Below, piece by piece: positions 25,406-38,791 of a stretch of DNA of 64,000 nucleotides. The DNA is from Macrostomum lignano (lineage: Eukaryota), in assembly GCA_002269645.1 (NCBI GenBank), contig NIVC01001628.1, forward strand, positions 1 to 64,000. Direction: 5' to 3'. The position numbers were made by a program, and so were the translations under genes. The notes under the pieces are model-generated. The model was not told the origin of the DNA, did not search any database, and saw only the letters and a list, made by a program, of their open reading frames with translations. Numbering within the stretch: position 1 is the stretch's first letter; the number at the start of each line of letters is the position of its first letter.

Positions 25406-25908
25406 AAGGTCTAATCCTACAGAAACTACAGCAAAGTTTACGCAACTGCACGACTATAAAAAGGAAAAGCGAAACATTACGTGAATTCGTCACTTGCTTA
25501 TTATAGATACTGAACAAGCTCTGCATTTTAAACCTGAAATTCAGTTTTAAATAAAAAGTAAAAAGGCCAATGTAGGTCACTTCAAAGCACAAAAACTCGG
25601 CACCAAAAACTTTATCGCAAAAAGATTACCAAAAACCTGTAAAAACTCAGCAGAACACAAAGCTCGTTAAACTTCGCAAAAGCGAAAACAGTCGAAAAAA
25701 CCATAAAATATTGCAGAATACATATCTACTGTCAGTAGCATAGGCTGTTAAAAATTGATTAAGATAAAAATATCCAAAAAATCAGTGAATGATTTTTGTT
25801 GATTTTTTTACCTAATGAATCCGAGAAAAAGTACGAATAGAGAGCACGCTTATTGCTGGATTAGGAAGACTAACACCGAAAATGTTGGAAACTGCACAGC
25901 TGCCAAAA

Positions 25909-26472
25909 CTATTTCATATCCACTTCCGTCTGCTCGGCGGAGTCCAGCAGTTTTGGGCCCGGCGGTGGCTCAAGCTGGTCCGCCGCAGCCTTCGCAGCCG
26001 CCGGTGCAGCAACCTTGCGCAGGTGGTAGGCGCACCATGCCGCCACGCACACGGCGAAGGTGCACAGAGGTGCGGCCAGCGCCCACCAGCTGCCCGTGCG
26101 CCACACGAAGGCACCAGCGAACGCGCCGAGCTCCGTCACCAGCGCCGAAATGCCGAGCCAGCGAGCCGCCTGGCATCCCGGAGTCATCGGCAGCTGCACG
26201 ACCCGCCCGTCGTCGTCGTCGCCGATCGGAGCGGCCCCGCCGCCGTCCACCGACTCGGCGGCTACAGAGGCGGGCACGCGGTTCCAGTACCACAGCACCT
26301 GCAGGCTGCTGATCTGGGACACCGTGCTGGAGAAGAAGGCCAGCACCGCGTACTGCAGCGGCATGCACAGCAGGTACGGGCCTAGGTAGTCCGTTGTCTT
26401 GCCGACCGCTCCCATGGCAACCATCACCTTGGATAGGCCGTAGGTGGTCTGGCGCTGCGAGTTCAGGAAAAC
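25909..26472 (-). CDS. PQ-loop repeat membrane protein copy B, exon 2
   Basis: ccag|GTTTTCCTG; paralogous to copy A exon 2 with a 42-nt deletion and a different C-terminus; 354 aa total. Confidence 0.85.
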   Translation of the reverse strand, partial: VFLNSQRQTTYGLSKVMVAMGAVGKTTDYLGPYLLCMPLQYAVLAFFSSTVSQISSLQVLWYWNRVPASVAAESVDGGGAAPIGDDDDGRVVQLPMTPGCQAARWLGISALVTELGAFAGAFVWRTGSWWALAAPLCTFAVCVAAWCAYHLRKVAAPAAAKAAADQLEPPPGPKLLDSAEQTEVDMK

Positions 26473-26502
26473 CTGGGGAAAAGAATGAAAAAAGGCAAGT
26501 TG

Positions 26503-26824
26503 GTGACTTAGAGATTCAGTACAGAACAGACGGGAGATATGTGTGACTTAGAGATTCAGTACAGAACAGACGGGAGATATGCGTGACTTAGAGATTCAGT
26601 ACAGAACAGACGGGAGATATGTGTGACTTAGAGATTCAGTACAGAACAGACGGGAGATATGTGTGACTTAGAGATTCAGTACAGAACAGACGGGAGATAT
26701 GTGTGACTTAGAGATTCAGTACAGAACAGACGGGAGATATGTGTGACTTAGAGATTCAGTACAGAACAGACGGGAGATATGCGTGACTTAGAGATTCAGT
26801 ACAGAACAGACGGGAGATATGTGT
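26503..26824. repeat. 40-bp minisatellite (8 copies) in the PQ-loop copy B intron
   Basis: GTGACTTAGAGATTCAGTACAGAACAGACGGGAGATATGT. Confidence 0.97.
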
Positions 26825-27619
26825 TTTCCTGTGCCTGAATAAGATAGTTATGCTATGGATACAAATTTGTTTTACGCCGTGTCCCAAAAAACCAATCTGC
26901 AGCAAAAAGGCATGAGCAATTGCGTTGCTGATGCTCCTCACCTACCCTCTCCGCACCAGTTACCCTACCTTACCCTACCCACTCTATGACACGATACTTG
27001 ACAAATGCTGCGCACTGCTCTAAGTCATCGCTCGGACTAATATATCGTAAGTTCAAAGGCTCATTCACACTGCCATCAAATGAACCACCAAATTACACGA
27101 ACGATGTATACTTAGCTACGCCGCGGCAGACTTGAGTTGAGGAATGAAGTGGGGGAGCGGTGGACGGATCAAAGCTACCCCGATCAGTTTTCTCGTACTT
27201 TTATTTCAGAATGGTCCAAGAGAAATCGCTCACTGGCGCATAGAGTGGCGACTTTGAAAATCAAATTTGATAAGTTGTGTGATCAACCGACATTTGGCTT
27301 CATTTGACGGGCAGAGAGTGAACGAGCCTTAACAGAGCTTTTTGCTGTGGAGTGTTTTCTGTACTATGATCTTAAACAATGGAAACAGAAATATCAATTT
27401 CAGTGATGCTTCAACGAACTCTGAGGCATCTAAAGATAGTTTATTGAGCTGGTAGCCTCTCAATCTACCTCTGTCTTCTTGTCTCCCCTACCCTCTACCT
27501 CCCCCTCAGCCCCTTTTCTCTCCCGATCTTCCTCACTCGGTCTGTCCCTCCAGCTACATTTTGCACAACTCTGCGGCTCTGCACCCTCTCACTCATGCAG
27601 TACACCGTGAAAGCTCCAC

Positions 27620-28120
27620 CTGAGGAAATGCCTGCACACTCCACAGGGAGATAGACAACCAAAGCATCCAATGGGAGAACTGCAGCGACAGGGCCAGCTG
27701 GATCGACACCAGCACCACCCACACGACAACGCAGACGGCCGTCACGATCAGCTTGAAGCGAGTCCGCGGTGCAAAGTAGAAGAACAGACCCAGCAGCGCC
27801 AGCTCCAGCACCGGCATGTACACAGCCGATATGTAGGCGTACAGCGGCATGCCAGTCAGCTTGAACACGAAGAAGCTGTTGTTCAGCGCCGCCGTGAAGT
27901 TGGCAATTGCCCAGGCCGATGACACGCCCTGCATCGTCTTGTGGCGGGTGCTGCGCCAGAACTGAGGCAGCAGGATGAGGAACCAAATGGCCGTGCTGGT
28001 CAGGCCGCCCAGGTTGGCCAGGACGCAGGTCCACTCGGGCATGTCCGGGTGGCAGTTGTGCAGCAGGATGGGCTTGTCTGTGTTGTTCACCACACAGCTG
28101 CCATTGGTTGCAGTCTGCAT
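27620..28120 (-). CDS. PQ-loop repeat membrane protein copy B, exon 1
   Basis: Near-identical paralogue of copy A exon 1, same 501-nt length; donor CAG|GTGGAG. Confidence 0.88.
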
Positions 28121-28467
28121 GACTGCTGGGCCTGTAATTAGTTAAGTTATATTGTTGCAGAAATTTTTATTTTTACTGCTTAATTATTTACTGTTTAAAG
28201 CAATATTATGATGCTAATTGTTTTATTTTATTGTTAATCAAAAACTTACTTATATTATTGCATTTGAATACAATAAATTGTCATTTAAAGTCTATAAAAT
28301 TGGTTTGCCATTATGTCAAAGATTAACTTCCTATATTTCTCATTCCTTTACTTGATAGAAATTAAAAATTTATATTAATACAATAAATATAAGTACCTAT
28401 AGTCTACAAGACATTAAATAAAAAATTAAATAATACTACAATAAAGTAGTAACAAATGCATATCGAG

Positions 28468-29434
28468 TAGGGATGCCAATTCTGGTTAACCAGTTAACCA
28501 AAAAAAACAATTTTTAAATTGGTCTGGTTTTTGCACTTCTAAATTCTTTTTTAAACAATTTTTTGTGTTTTTATTTTATAAACAAGCTAAGATGTCATGT
28601 TGTGGTTTATTTTTGTATTGTTACATCGCGTGTTGTAATTAATACAAACTAGGCCTATTGTATTTCCATGCAAAATTTGTATCTTTTCAACTGTAATTTA
28701 TGAATTACAAATCACGATTTGTAGATGAAATATGTATTATGAAAATGAATAGGGCCAAATCTAATAATCATATTGATCAAATGAGCAAAGCAATATGCAA
28801 TATATCTATTTTAATATCAAATTAATTATCAACTATTACCTATTGTCATTGTCATGATCTTGTTGTGAATAACGTGGTTGGATTTTGATTTGATACTTTT
28901 GGTATATTATATGTATAAGTTGTATAAGACTAGTATAGGCCCTAAGGAGTAGGACTGGTAGGAGTGTAGGACTTAAAAATCTGACTCTGAGCTTTAGGCA
29001 AATTTTAGCAAATACATTATAATATCATTTATATAGCTTTTAAGCAGTTACTTTCTATTGATAATGAGATAATGAGATCAGTCGAGAAAGCAAAGAATAC
29101 AGTGTGTTAATGCACAGAGTTATTTTTTCTAGTTATTATTCTACTTTATCTGTTTGCACCAAAGAAAACTGCCAACCCTAACAAAATTTCAATTGAAAAT
29201 GAATAATAAATTGAATGCACTCTTCATTTGGTAATAGACAAGTATACTAGAAAAAGAAAAAATGATATGAAATCAATTTCAAGCATATTTTTATGGTGTA
29301 AGCATGCTAAATGACTTTTTTGAGTGGTCTAACAGCAAAAATTGGAAAACCAGCTTTAAAACTGGTTTTGGCCAAAAACTGGGTTTTAAACTAGTTAATC
29401 AATTCTACAATATTGACAGTTTTTGGCATCCCTA
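28468..29434. mobile_element. non-autonomous hAT(Ac)-like element
   Basis: 12-bp TIR TAGGGATGCCAA/TTGGCATCCCTA, subterminal TTAACC motifs; no intact TSD. Confidence 0.55.
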
Positions 29435-30714
29435 ATAATAATATTAAGATTTTAAATATCAAATATGCAAAGTGGCAATCTTTTGGTTTGCTGCATTGCC
29501 AATAAATTATTTTAAATTTAAATGTGTTCATTTTAGTTGCAATGCAAACTAAGCAAATAGCATGATTCTGCATGATGACTCATCACTTCTCATCCCTTGG
29601 ACAGCTACTCTATTCTGCTTGTTGTCCAGTGTGCAGCCACCCCACCCTGCTATATACATTTTAGTGTCAATAAAAACTGATGGGTCAAAGTTCTATACAT
29701 AAAATAATTTAACACAGGAAACCAAAAGATTGCCTGCAAAGCATTAGAGAAAAACTTCAAGATTATAAATGTTAAGTATGTTGCAATTTAGACTATAGTT
29801 TGACCTATCCTATACATTTAAAATACCAAAAACAATAGTCAATACAAATTTGATCAGCAATGAAAAACTAATGACAATAAGACAATTTAATAAGTACTAG
29901 ATCTACTTAAAGGCTAGGTCTGGATACTTAGTCACAGGCCCTAAATTAATTTCTTTAATGCTCACATAAGCAAAAGTACAATTGATTGACAATGACATAG
30001 CTTTCCTATTTTAAAGTTGGCTTATTTCTTATAAGACATCATAATAATAAGTAAAATTTTATTTGTTAGGCCTAAGTTAAGCCAATATAAAATGAAAAAT
30101 GCAACTGCATAAAATAACACCTGTGGCAGGCGGGATGCCACAATTAAACTCTGATATTTATATTACTTTAATAAACTCATTGTGGTAGGCTAAGGCCTCC
30201 CACTACTCCCACCAAACGTAACTCAATTCCGCCGTGTGGATTTGCTCACCAGTAAATTGCGCATTGCTGACGTCATTTCCCTGCGTGGAAATCTGTTTCC
30301 CTTAAGGTATTTCCCTTCCCACCTCCCGTATAATTTTTGTTTGTCTGTGCTTTTCCTTAGGGTCCACCTGGTGTTTGATCATCACCACCCGGTGTACCCT
30401 CCTCTCTCCCCACCCGGTGTCTCTCCTGTCCCACCCGGGGTAACCCATTTCCTCCCGGTGGTTCATGAGAGCCCTTTTTAAGAGTCTGCGCCCCGCCTTT
30501 CCCAGCCAGACTCTCGTGGCCCTTGCCCCGAACTCCGTGGAATTGCCCGCCTTCCTTAGCTATAGCCCACTACGAGAGGCCCCTAATTGTAAGCCCGACC
30601 TCCCGACCCGACCAACTCCTCGCCCAGCAATTTAACAATAATATTTAAGTTAGTATTTGTCTGTAGCCAATAATCTCTTTGCGTTTGTTAAATAATAATA
30701 GTAATATCCGGTTT

Positions 30715-33700
30715 TGGCCACTTGCTACTTTGACAGATAGTCTCCTGAAGCAGGGCTACTTCCCAATTAGCAAGCAGGACCCTGTCTCTTTCGTGGACAT
30801 TAGATTGCTTGAACTTATCAACAGTCTAATGTGCGAAGCAACATTGTCGTTATGGAAAGCTCTCTGGATGATTCTGCTCTCTGGGACATTTTCAAGGGTC
30901 CAGCTAATGGTACGTTAAATGAACATACTGTCAATTACTTTACTTTTTCCTTAATATATAAATAGAGGCTTGAAACTTTCAAATGAAGCCTTGTTAGGCT
31001 TAGAATCAATGAAAAAATTGTCACAGCAAAGGTTAAATACTTGTTTAATGACTCACATGCTGCTATTTTCAGAATTTTAACAATCTCTATCAAACATTTT
31101 ATTGTCATGGCACTATGCAGCGCTATTGTCAGTTAATTCTGGATTATGTGGCCGACGAATTGCATGCTATGTCCAAACAGCGTAAATATATTCATTATTT
31201 TATATTTTTTGTCTATTTTTAGTTGTACAGGCAGAATTGAGAAAAGTTTGGGACACTATTTTTTAAATGCCATAAAAAAGTGACCGCATTTGTTTGTTGA
31301 ATTAGCAAGGTTTTTTGCAACTTATCTGCATTAGTCATAAGAATCGCCACGCTTCTAATTGTTTAAGAGTGCACCGAGCATCCTACTATTTTAGCAGCCT
31401 AATCTATTACTCTTTCCTAGAAACTTTGTGATAGTGCATAGTGCCCGAGCGGTAAGACACTGTCTAATCCTTAATTCAGTCCAAAAGTATAGCGTCTTCC
31501 GGGGACCAAGGGTGTCCAGCGGTAGCTAATCTACTTCCCTAATACCTAATCTCTTAATGCTTAATGCCTATTATTAGCCTGTACGGCTTTCTTAGGATCT
31601 GTACGATCTCGATCTCCCTATCTAGGTTTCTGTTATTGGGTCTCCACGACCTCTGGTTTCTAATCAGATCCCTATCTAAAGTCCTGGTTTTGGGTCTCCA
31701 CGACCTCTGGTTTCTCTACCTAAAGTCCTGGTTTTGGGTCTCCACGACCTCTGGTTTCTCTATCTAGAGTCCTGGTTTTGGGTCTCCACGACCTCTGGTT
31801 TCCCTATCTAGAGTCCTGGTTTTGGGTCTCCACGACCTCTGGTTTCTCTACCTAATGAAAGAAATAACGAGATAAGTCTTAGCCAAATTTAGATTTGTTT
31901 CGCTAAAAGATTCTCGCAAGAATAGTTGAAGGCAAATTTTGAGAACGATCGCCGAGGAAGTTATATTTTTTTAGCTTCAACCTGATTCCTTATATACAGA
32001 AAATTTGGGGAAGGTGGGATGCATTTTAACAATTACTAAAATTATAACAAAAGAATTTGATTTGTTTGGGGAATTTAAACAAATGGGTAAGAAAATTTCT
32101 GATTGGCTGTGATTAAAACTTGGGTTTAACTACTGTTATAAGTAATATACATAGTTTATAAGGATTCTGCTTCACTTCTATTGGTAGTGTATGTACTTTT
32201 ATTGGTAACATATGTACTTTTATTGGTAGCGTCTGTACTTCTATTGTACTTTCTGGCCTGAGCGGTCTTTTAGGCACCATCTATCCTATCCCTATACTCC
32301 TCTAAAGATATTATTCTCAGTCCTGGGCATTCCCGGGATCAGAGGGTCACAGCTTACTTGCTGGGTATTCTGCCCTGAGGCAGGTTTCTCGGACTCTAAG
32401 CCTGGATTTCTCTACCCTGTGGTAGGAATTCTGCCTTCTAAAGGTGGGTTACTAGACTCCTAAGTCTAGAATTTCTCGTTCTCTGAGAATAGACTGAACT
32501 CCCAATCTTGGGGCAACTCCTATGTCACTATCTACTACTCAAAATAAGTAACACCAGTGATCACAAGCCCAAGGCTGATTTGAAGCTTGATCAATGTTCG
32601 AAACAATGGTACAAGACCAACAAACAAGAAAAGGTTCACAAGGATTATTTATTTTGGCTCACAGCTGACTCTTCTTTAAAACAAAGTATTAATACATAGA
32701 ATATTCAGAATATTTTGCATATTTTTTAATATTTGCATAGTATAACAACAATAGTACGTTTTTGAAATGCAACTTTTTCTAAGAAATTGTTATAAAAACT
32801 GGAGGCCTATTATATATACATGCATATCTTGAGCGGTTGTTTGCAGAGACTTCAGCGGGCTCTTGCATGTGCAAAAGTATTTTCTAAACCAAGTCATCTT
32901 TGTTCATGAACCTTTCCAGCTGCATCACTCTGTTTGAGTTGTCGAAGGCTGCAGTCTGACCGATAGCGAACACTGCGAGTGCATTAACGCCTTGCTTTGG
33001 CCATATGGCCTACAATTTAAGGAGATGTGCTTGGACCAGCGACTTTCTTTTTGGCCTATAATATCAGGCATTTAAATGCAACACAGCTTTTAAATACAGG
33101 TAGTGTTAAACACCTTTTCTCATCAATATATAAAGTTGCAGTACTTCAGTGACTAAGAAGTAAAGAACCAAAGTCCAATTTTAGGGATAAAAAATTATAA
33201 AGTGTCAATTGGGACTATCGCTTCAAAGCTCAAATATTAGCCAGAAATCAACAATACAACTAAAACAAACCATTCAACCATAGTAGCATTTTGTTTCATG
33301 CACTTACAGCAGTCATACTTTTTTATTTCTTCCTGCAGCAGACTAGCTAAATTGTTGGCTCCGCCTGGACAAGAAGCATTCCAACGCACTAAACACAGAA
33401 TTAAAAGAGCTGTTAATTTCTATGCCTTAAGGTGAGACAGTAAAAATTTTTCTTTGTGCACCTCGCTCTGTTTTTTAGTGTTTACAGGTTCAAACATGTT
33501 TAATTTTCTTGTCTATTTGTCTGCTGCTAACACAAAATTCTCATTTCATTGTCGTTTGCTGCTCACGCTACTAGAGAAATATGCAGAGCCCATTATTTTA
33601 TTTCTTATATTTTCATTGCAGCATCCAACGCCGCCATTCTGATTGAACTGGGTAAGCAATTTTTATCGGAAGATTGCCTAGCTTCTAATAGGCCTGCTTC

Positions 33701-34249
33701 TGCTCTAGAGCGCCTGCAATCCTACGCGACTGAATCTCAGTTTCTACTTCGCAAAATGCATCCTGCCTATGGCCAACGAGACTGCCAGCTGATAGTTTGT
33801 TGCCTAGAGAAGCTGAGAGTTAAGATTCAAAGATCTATTGGTAGTCTTCCACCTACACAGCGGGCACTGATGAAAGACTTCTTGGATCCTGAAGGCGAAG
33901 TCTTCATTTCCTGTGGTCAGAGCCAGAGCAGACTAGATTGCTTGTTGCGCAAATGGGTCATCGAAGCTAGCACTCGTTTTGACTGCCTCAAGAAGGAAGG
34001 CATCATGCTACGCCAAAAGGTACATGATTTGCAACATGATTTGAGTCACAGTTTTGTGATGCTCAAGGCCTTGATGCTCAGTTCAGAACACTTTTCATAG
34101 AGCTTTTTTGCAAGGTGGAGACGGTGCAGCGTACCCTTCACGCTGCCAATACGTCTGATGAATATATTGACCTAGCAAGAGAAGATCAGTCTTCAACGTT
34201 GTCGAGCCTAGGAGACATAGAAGATGAAGAAGGCTTAGAAAGTGATTGA
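30715..34249 (+). pseudogene. decayed, intron-containing KDZ (Kyakuja-Dileera-Zisupton)-type transposase
   Basis: Fragments resembling CxC-KDZ proteins in the correct order: SLLKQGYFPISKQDPVSFVDIRLLE (30740-30815), CMLCP (~31160), H..QLHHSV*VVEGCSLTDSEHCECINALLWPYGLQFKEMCLDQR (32900-33045), RHLN...G, then helical exons 33339-33431 and 33622-34249; stops and frameshifts present. Family call is from remembered motifs, not a search. Confidence 0.7.
31633..31852. repeat. 44-bp minisatellite (~5 copies)
   Basis: GTCCTGGTTTTGGGTCTCCACGACCTCTGGTTTCTCTACCTAAA. Confidence 0.93.
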
Positions 34250-34324
34250 AGAGTGAATGTCACATGCAGCAGCAAGGACCTGATTCAATCATTTACCTCA
34301 TTCTGCAGCCCAATGAGGCTTGTA

Positions 34325-35175
34325 TCTTGCTAGTGCTAGGGAGAGCAGGGGGTAGCTAGGGAGAGCGGGGAGTAGCTAGGATGAGCAGGGGTAGCTAGGG
34401 GGAGCAATGGGTAGCTAAGGAAAGCAATGCATAGCTAAAGAGAGCAATGGGTAGCTAAAGAGAGCAATGGGTAGCTAAAGAGAGCAATGGGTAGCTAAGG
34501 AGAGCAATGCGTAGCTAAGGAGAGCGGGGGTAGCTAGGGGGAGCAATGGGTAGCTAAGGAGAGCAATGGGTAGCTAAGGAGAGCAATGCGTAGCTAGGGA
34601 GAGCAGGGGGTAGCTAGGATGAGCAGGGGGTAGCTAGGATGAGCAGAGGTAGATTGGGAGAGCAGGGAGTACCTAGGGAGAGTGGGGAATAGCTAGGGAG
34701 AGCATTGGGTAGCTAGGGAGAGTGGGGGTAGCTAGGGGGAGCAATGGGTAGCTAAGGAGAGCAATGGGTAGCTAAGGAGAGCAATGCATAGCTAGGGAGA
34801 GCAGGGGGTAGCTAGGGGGAAAAATGGGTAGCTAAGGAGAGCAATGGGTAGCTAGGGAGAACAGGGGGTAGCTAAGGATAGCAGGGTGTAGCTAGGGAGA
34901 GCAGGGGGTAGCAAAGGAGAGCAAGGGTAGCTAAGGAGAGCAGGGGGTAGCTAGGGACAGCGGGGAGTATTTAGGGAGAGCATTGGATAGTTAGGGAGAG
35001 CAGCAATAGCTAGGAAGAGCAAGGGTAGCTAAGGAGAGCAGGGTGTAGCTAGGGAGAGCAAGGGGTAGCTAGGGACAGCGGGGAGTAGCTAGGGAGAGCA
35101 TTGAGTAGCTAGGGAGAGGAGTAGATAGGGAAAGCAAGGGTAGCTAAGGAGAGCAGGGGGTAGCTAGGGGAAGCA
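34325..35175. repeat. degenerate ~20-bp satellite GTAGCTA(A/G)GGAGAGCA...
   Basis: Directly visible, with variable units. Confidence 0.9.
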
Positions 35176-35451
35176 ATACGTATTAAACATTTGCCGACAC
35201 TTATTCAGACACTTCTACAGACACTTTAGTTTCTGTTGTACAAATCGTAGGAACAAGCATTAAATTTGTTTATTCCTAACAAACTATCAGTAAACTGCTT
35301 TATTTTAAGCTTTTTTTGCTTTATTTTATTAAATATGAGTCATGAAATTTGTTATTCTGCATAGATTCTCTTCATGTGAAGAAGAATGCTAAATTTGTCC
35401 AGGACACTTCCTAATATATAGGGACAGTACCCTATATATCATGTATTTCAG

Positions 35452-36070
35452 ATGCCTAAGCGCAGAAATTCTGTTGAGCTAAATTTGAGCCCTCGAAAGG
35501 CTCCAGTCCTGTTTTCTAGACTTAAGTCAATTGATTTCGAAAAAGACTGGCCGACAGCGCTAGAAAGCAAAAAGCAGAAAGAGCATGAAAACTGCTAAAG
35601 CAGAAAAAACAGAAGAAAAAAAGCCACAACAGCAGCAGCAGCTGCAGCAGCCGCAACAGCAGCAGCAACAGCCGCAGCAGCAGCAGCAGCAGCAATAGCA
35701 GCAACAGCAGCAACAGCCGCAACAGCAGCAGCAGCTGCAGCGGCCGCAATAGCAGCAGCAGCAGCAACAGCAACAATAGCCGCAGCAGCAGCAGCCGCAA
35801 CAGCCGCAACAGCAGCAGCAGCCGCAACAGTAGCAGCAGCAGCAACAGCAGCAACAGCCGCAGCAGCAGCCGCAACAGCGGCAACAGCAAACCTTGGATT
35901 AGCTCTTCAAATTAAACAAACCTTGGATAAAATTTTGCATCCTAGTATTAGCAAAAAGAAATCTAGGCTAATTTAGCAATAAAGATGCCATACAAAACCT
36001 TGGCTTTCCAAATTGTATTATGAACTTGGATTTTAGATGTGACTGTGTGTCCTTCTACATCTTAATGAAT
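35452..36070 (+). pseudogene. decayed basic/polyQ ORF of unknown family
   Basis: cag|ATG PKRRNSVELNLSPRKAP..., frameshift, then (PQQQQQ)n coded by CAG/CAA with several TAG stops. Confidence 0.35.
35625..35890. repeat. cryptic (CAG/CAA/CCG)n trinucleotide tract
   Basis: Directly visible. Confidence 0.95.
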
Positions 36071-36074
36071 CTTA

Positions 36075-36590
36075 ATGCATTTTTATGCATTTACTTTAAA
36101 GATATTATCCTTCATAAAATTTTATATATGCAAAAAAATTCTTTTCACAAATGACTTTTGATAGATATTACTAATGCCTTACTGCAAACATCAATTTTTC
36201 AATGCAGAGTTTTTATTAGATTTAGTTACAAGTGTAATTTACTTTGGTCCCCAGTTTTTGACTTATTGTTTTTGTTGCTTGAATAATGTACTAATGTACT
36301 TGAATAGCAACAATAGCAACATAGAAAAGCAATAGAACATTGCTTTGTGTGACATTTATTCTTTGTATGAGTGTTGAATTATAAGTACTATAAATTTGTT
36401 TAAGCTAGCCTAGATGTAAACAAACTGGACTGCAAATTCAGCAACCTGGGTTTGAATCTCAATAGTATAAAATTGGTATAATTTTTTTATTAAAAAAAAC
36501 CTTGATTATTGCATTTGAGAAACAAAGGATTACTGAGCTTGATAAACCAATGATTACTGCACTGGATGAGACAATGATTATTGCATTTAA
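36075..36590. repeat. old diverged duplication (partner about 37500-37940)
   Basis: Shared TACTTTAAAGATA, TTGGTCCCCA..TTTTGACTTATTGTTTT and GCTAGCCTAGAT blocks in the same order. Confidence 0.6.
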
Positions 36591-38554
36591 TGTATAAAGG
36601 ATAATTTTACTAGATAAATAAAATATTATTTTGAGAGCAGAAAGGAGAAAAGAAAAGGGGAAAAGAGGAGATAGGGGACAGAAGAGGGGAGAAAGAAAGA
36701 GAGAAAGAGATCTGAGGAAAGACAAACATTGAGCAATTATTATATTGAAATTATAGTTTCAAAAGACCTTAAGACCACGCGGAGATGCTTTGAGGGCCAA
36801 AGTGAGATAACCTAATTTATAGTATTATGACACTGATAATTAATTTTATTAAATGAACCTATTGCAAGGTTACAGAAGGTATGCTAAGAATAAAAGTACA
36901 CTTTTACTAACCAATTAATATTGAAAATAGCAAAGCTAATACATAGTTTCTCTTTCTCTTTAGGCTAGACTCCTAGCTTGATAGCTGAGTACAGCTCTGT
37001 TGGCAAAGCAGGACACTGAGAATAAAAGGCAAGATGCAACCTAAACCAATTAAATGGTTAGTTAAAAATTTAAAAGCAACTGGCTAGACTTTCTGCCAGA
37101 TTGTAATACTGAATAACAGCAATAAGCCAAAGTGCTAAACTTTTGTAAACATCTCAAAGTTAATTAAATCTGATTTGAACCAAGCAGTTAATGTTGTCTA
37201 TAAAGCCATCAAAGATGGCAACCAGAAATTTGAAGCTGAATTTGCTGGATGTAAAAACACTAAGCTGGGTCAGATTTAGCCAGCTAATTTCAATTGCCAA
37301 GCCCTAATTGACAACTCATATCATTTTAACAATGTAAAGCAAATGACCCAGGTAATATAAAAATCTAAGATTGCTTTTGCCAATTCTAGCAATCAAGGCT
37401 TCATTCTGGGAAATTGATTGACACCAAGATGAATAGTGCTTAAGCCTTAAGTAGACATTAGCATCAGCAATCAACAATTAGCATCAGCAAAAAAGCAGAA
37501 CATTTTATGTATTTACTTTAAAGATACAACCTTTTTTATTTACAAATGCCTTTTGATATATATTACTAATGCAATATTACTAATATCAATTTTTCTATGT
37601 AGAATTCATTGAAGTTTTTGTTTTGAAGTATCTTTTACCTTGGTCCCCATTTTTTGACTTATTGTTTTCTGTTGTTAAAAATGTACTATTTTTCAATAGC
37701 ATGTATAAAGGGATTGTTACCAAATTAAAACACTGCTTCATGTGACTTTTAATCTAACTGACTTGGTATAAGTGTTAAATTATAAGTGCTTCTAATCCAT
37801 TTATAAATTTGATTAAAGCTAGCCTAGATATGAACAGAATGGACTGATAATTCGCAAAAAGGTATGAATTTTAGTAGTATAAAAGTATTGTAAAATTGTT
37901 ATTGAAAAGACTTGAATTATTGCATTTGATGAAACAATGAGACACTAAAGCATTGCTAGGAGCATAGCAATGCTCATAACATGAATGCATATGATAACAC
38001 ATGGAAATTAAAAAGGGGAACTTGATAGATTTTTATTTCAGCCTTAAACTCACAGGTTGGTTTGTTTGCACTCGGAGTATTGACTCATATAACTAAATCA
38101 CATTATTTAAGTGTATGTCTATCAGCAACTACAAGTCCTTCACACAACTGATCACAGTGCACACAGACCTTCTAGTGCCTTGCTTCTATTTTTCATTAAT
38201 AATCATGCCACACATCATCTGTAACTCTTCATTCTTGATATCTAAATGCTCTAGAAATCTTAAACATTTCAATTTAGGTCATTTTGCTTTTTTGCTACTA
38301 TCACTTTTTGCTTATACACCTAGAAAGTAAACAATTGTTGCAGATTAAATGGTAGCAAATAAAACAAAAATTATTTTATAAATTGCAATGCTAATAAATA
38401 TAATATTGTCATTTATTATGAGCTTATTTGGCTACAAGTTTTAGGTTAAACCTAGGTAGAGTTTAGATAAACCCAAAAAGAATATCTAAAGATAACATAT
38501 TTATAGTATATATCTAGTATATTTGCCACCATAAATACACATCAACATATAAAT

Positions 38555-38740
38555 GATCGAGTTATTTTGCACAGTGAAAAAACCTTTGAGTTTTCTATTC
38601 AAACTTTTTACCTTAACCAGAAAATAAGGAATAATTTTACTAGAAGCTTAACTTTTGTTTTAAGCTAATTTTATGGACTTCTGAAATTTGAAACCTAAAA
38701 ATTACATTTTGCTTTGTTGATAATCACATTTTTGGTTTCA
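38555..38740. repeat. dispersed repeat, copy 1 (copy 2 at about 41570-41730)
   Basis: Shared TTGCACAG.GAAAAA...TTGAGTTTTCTATTCAAACTTTTTACC...GACTTCTGAAATTTGAA block. Confidence 0.75.
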
Positions 38741-38791
38741 AATAAGTTTATTTCTTAAATATTGAGTATACAAAAATCAGCACTATATCTA

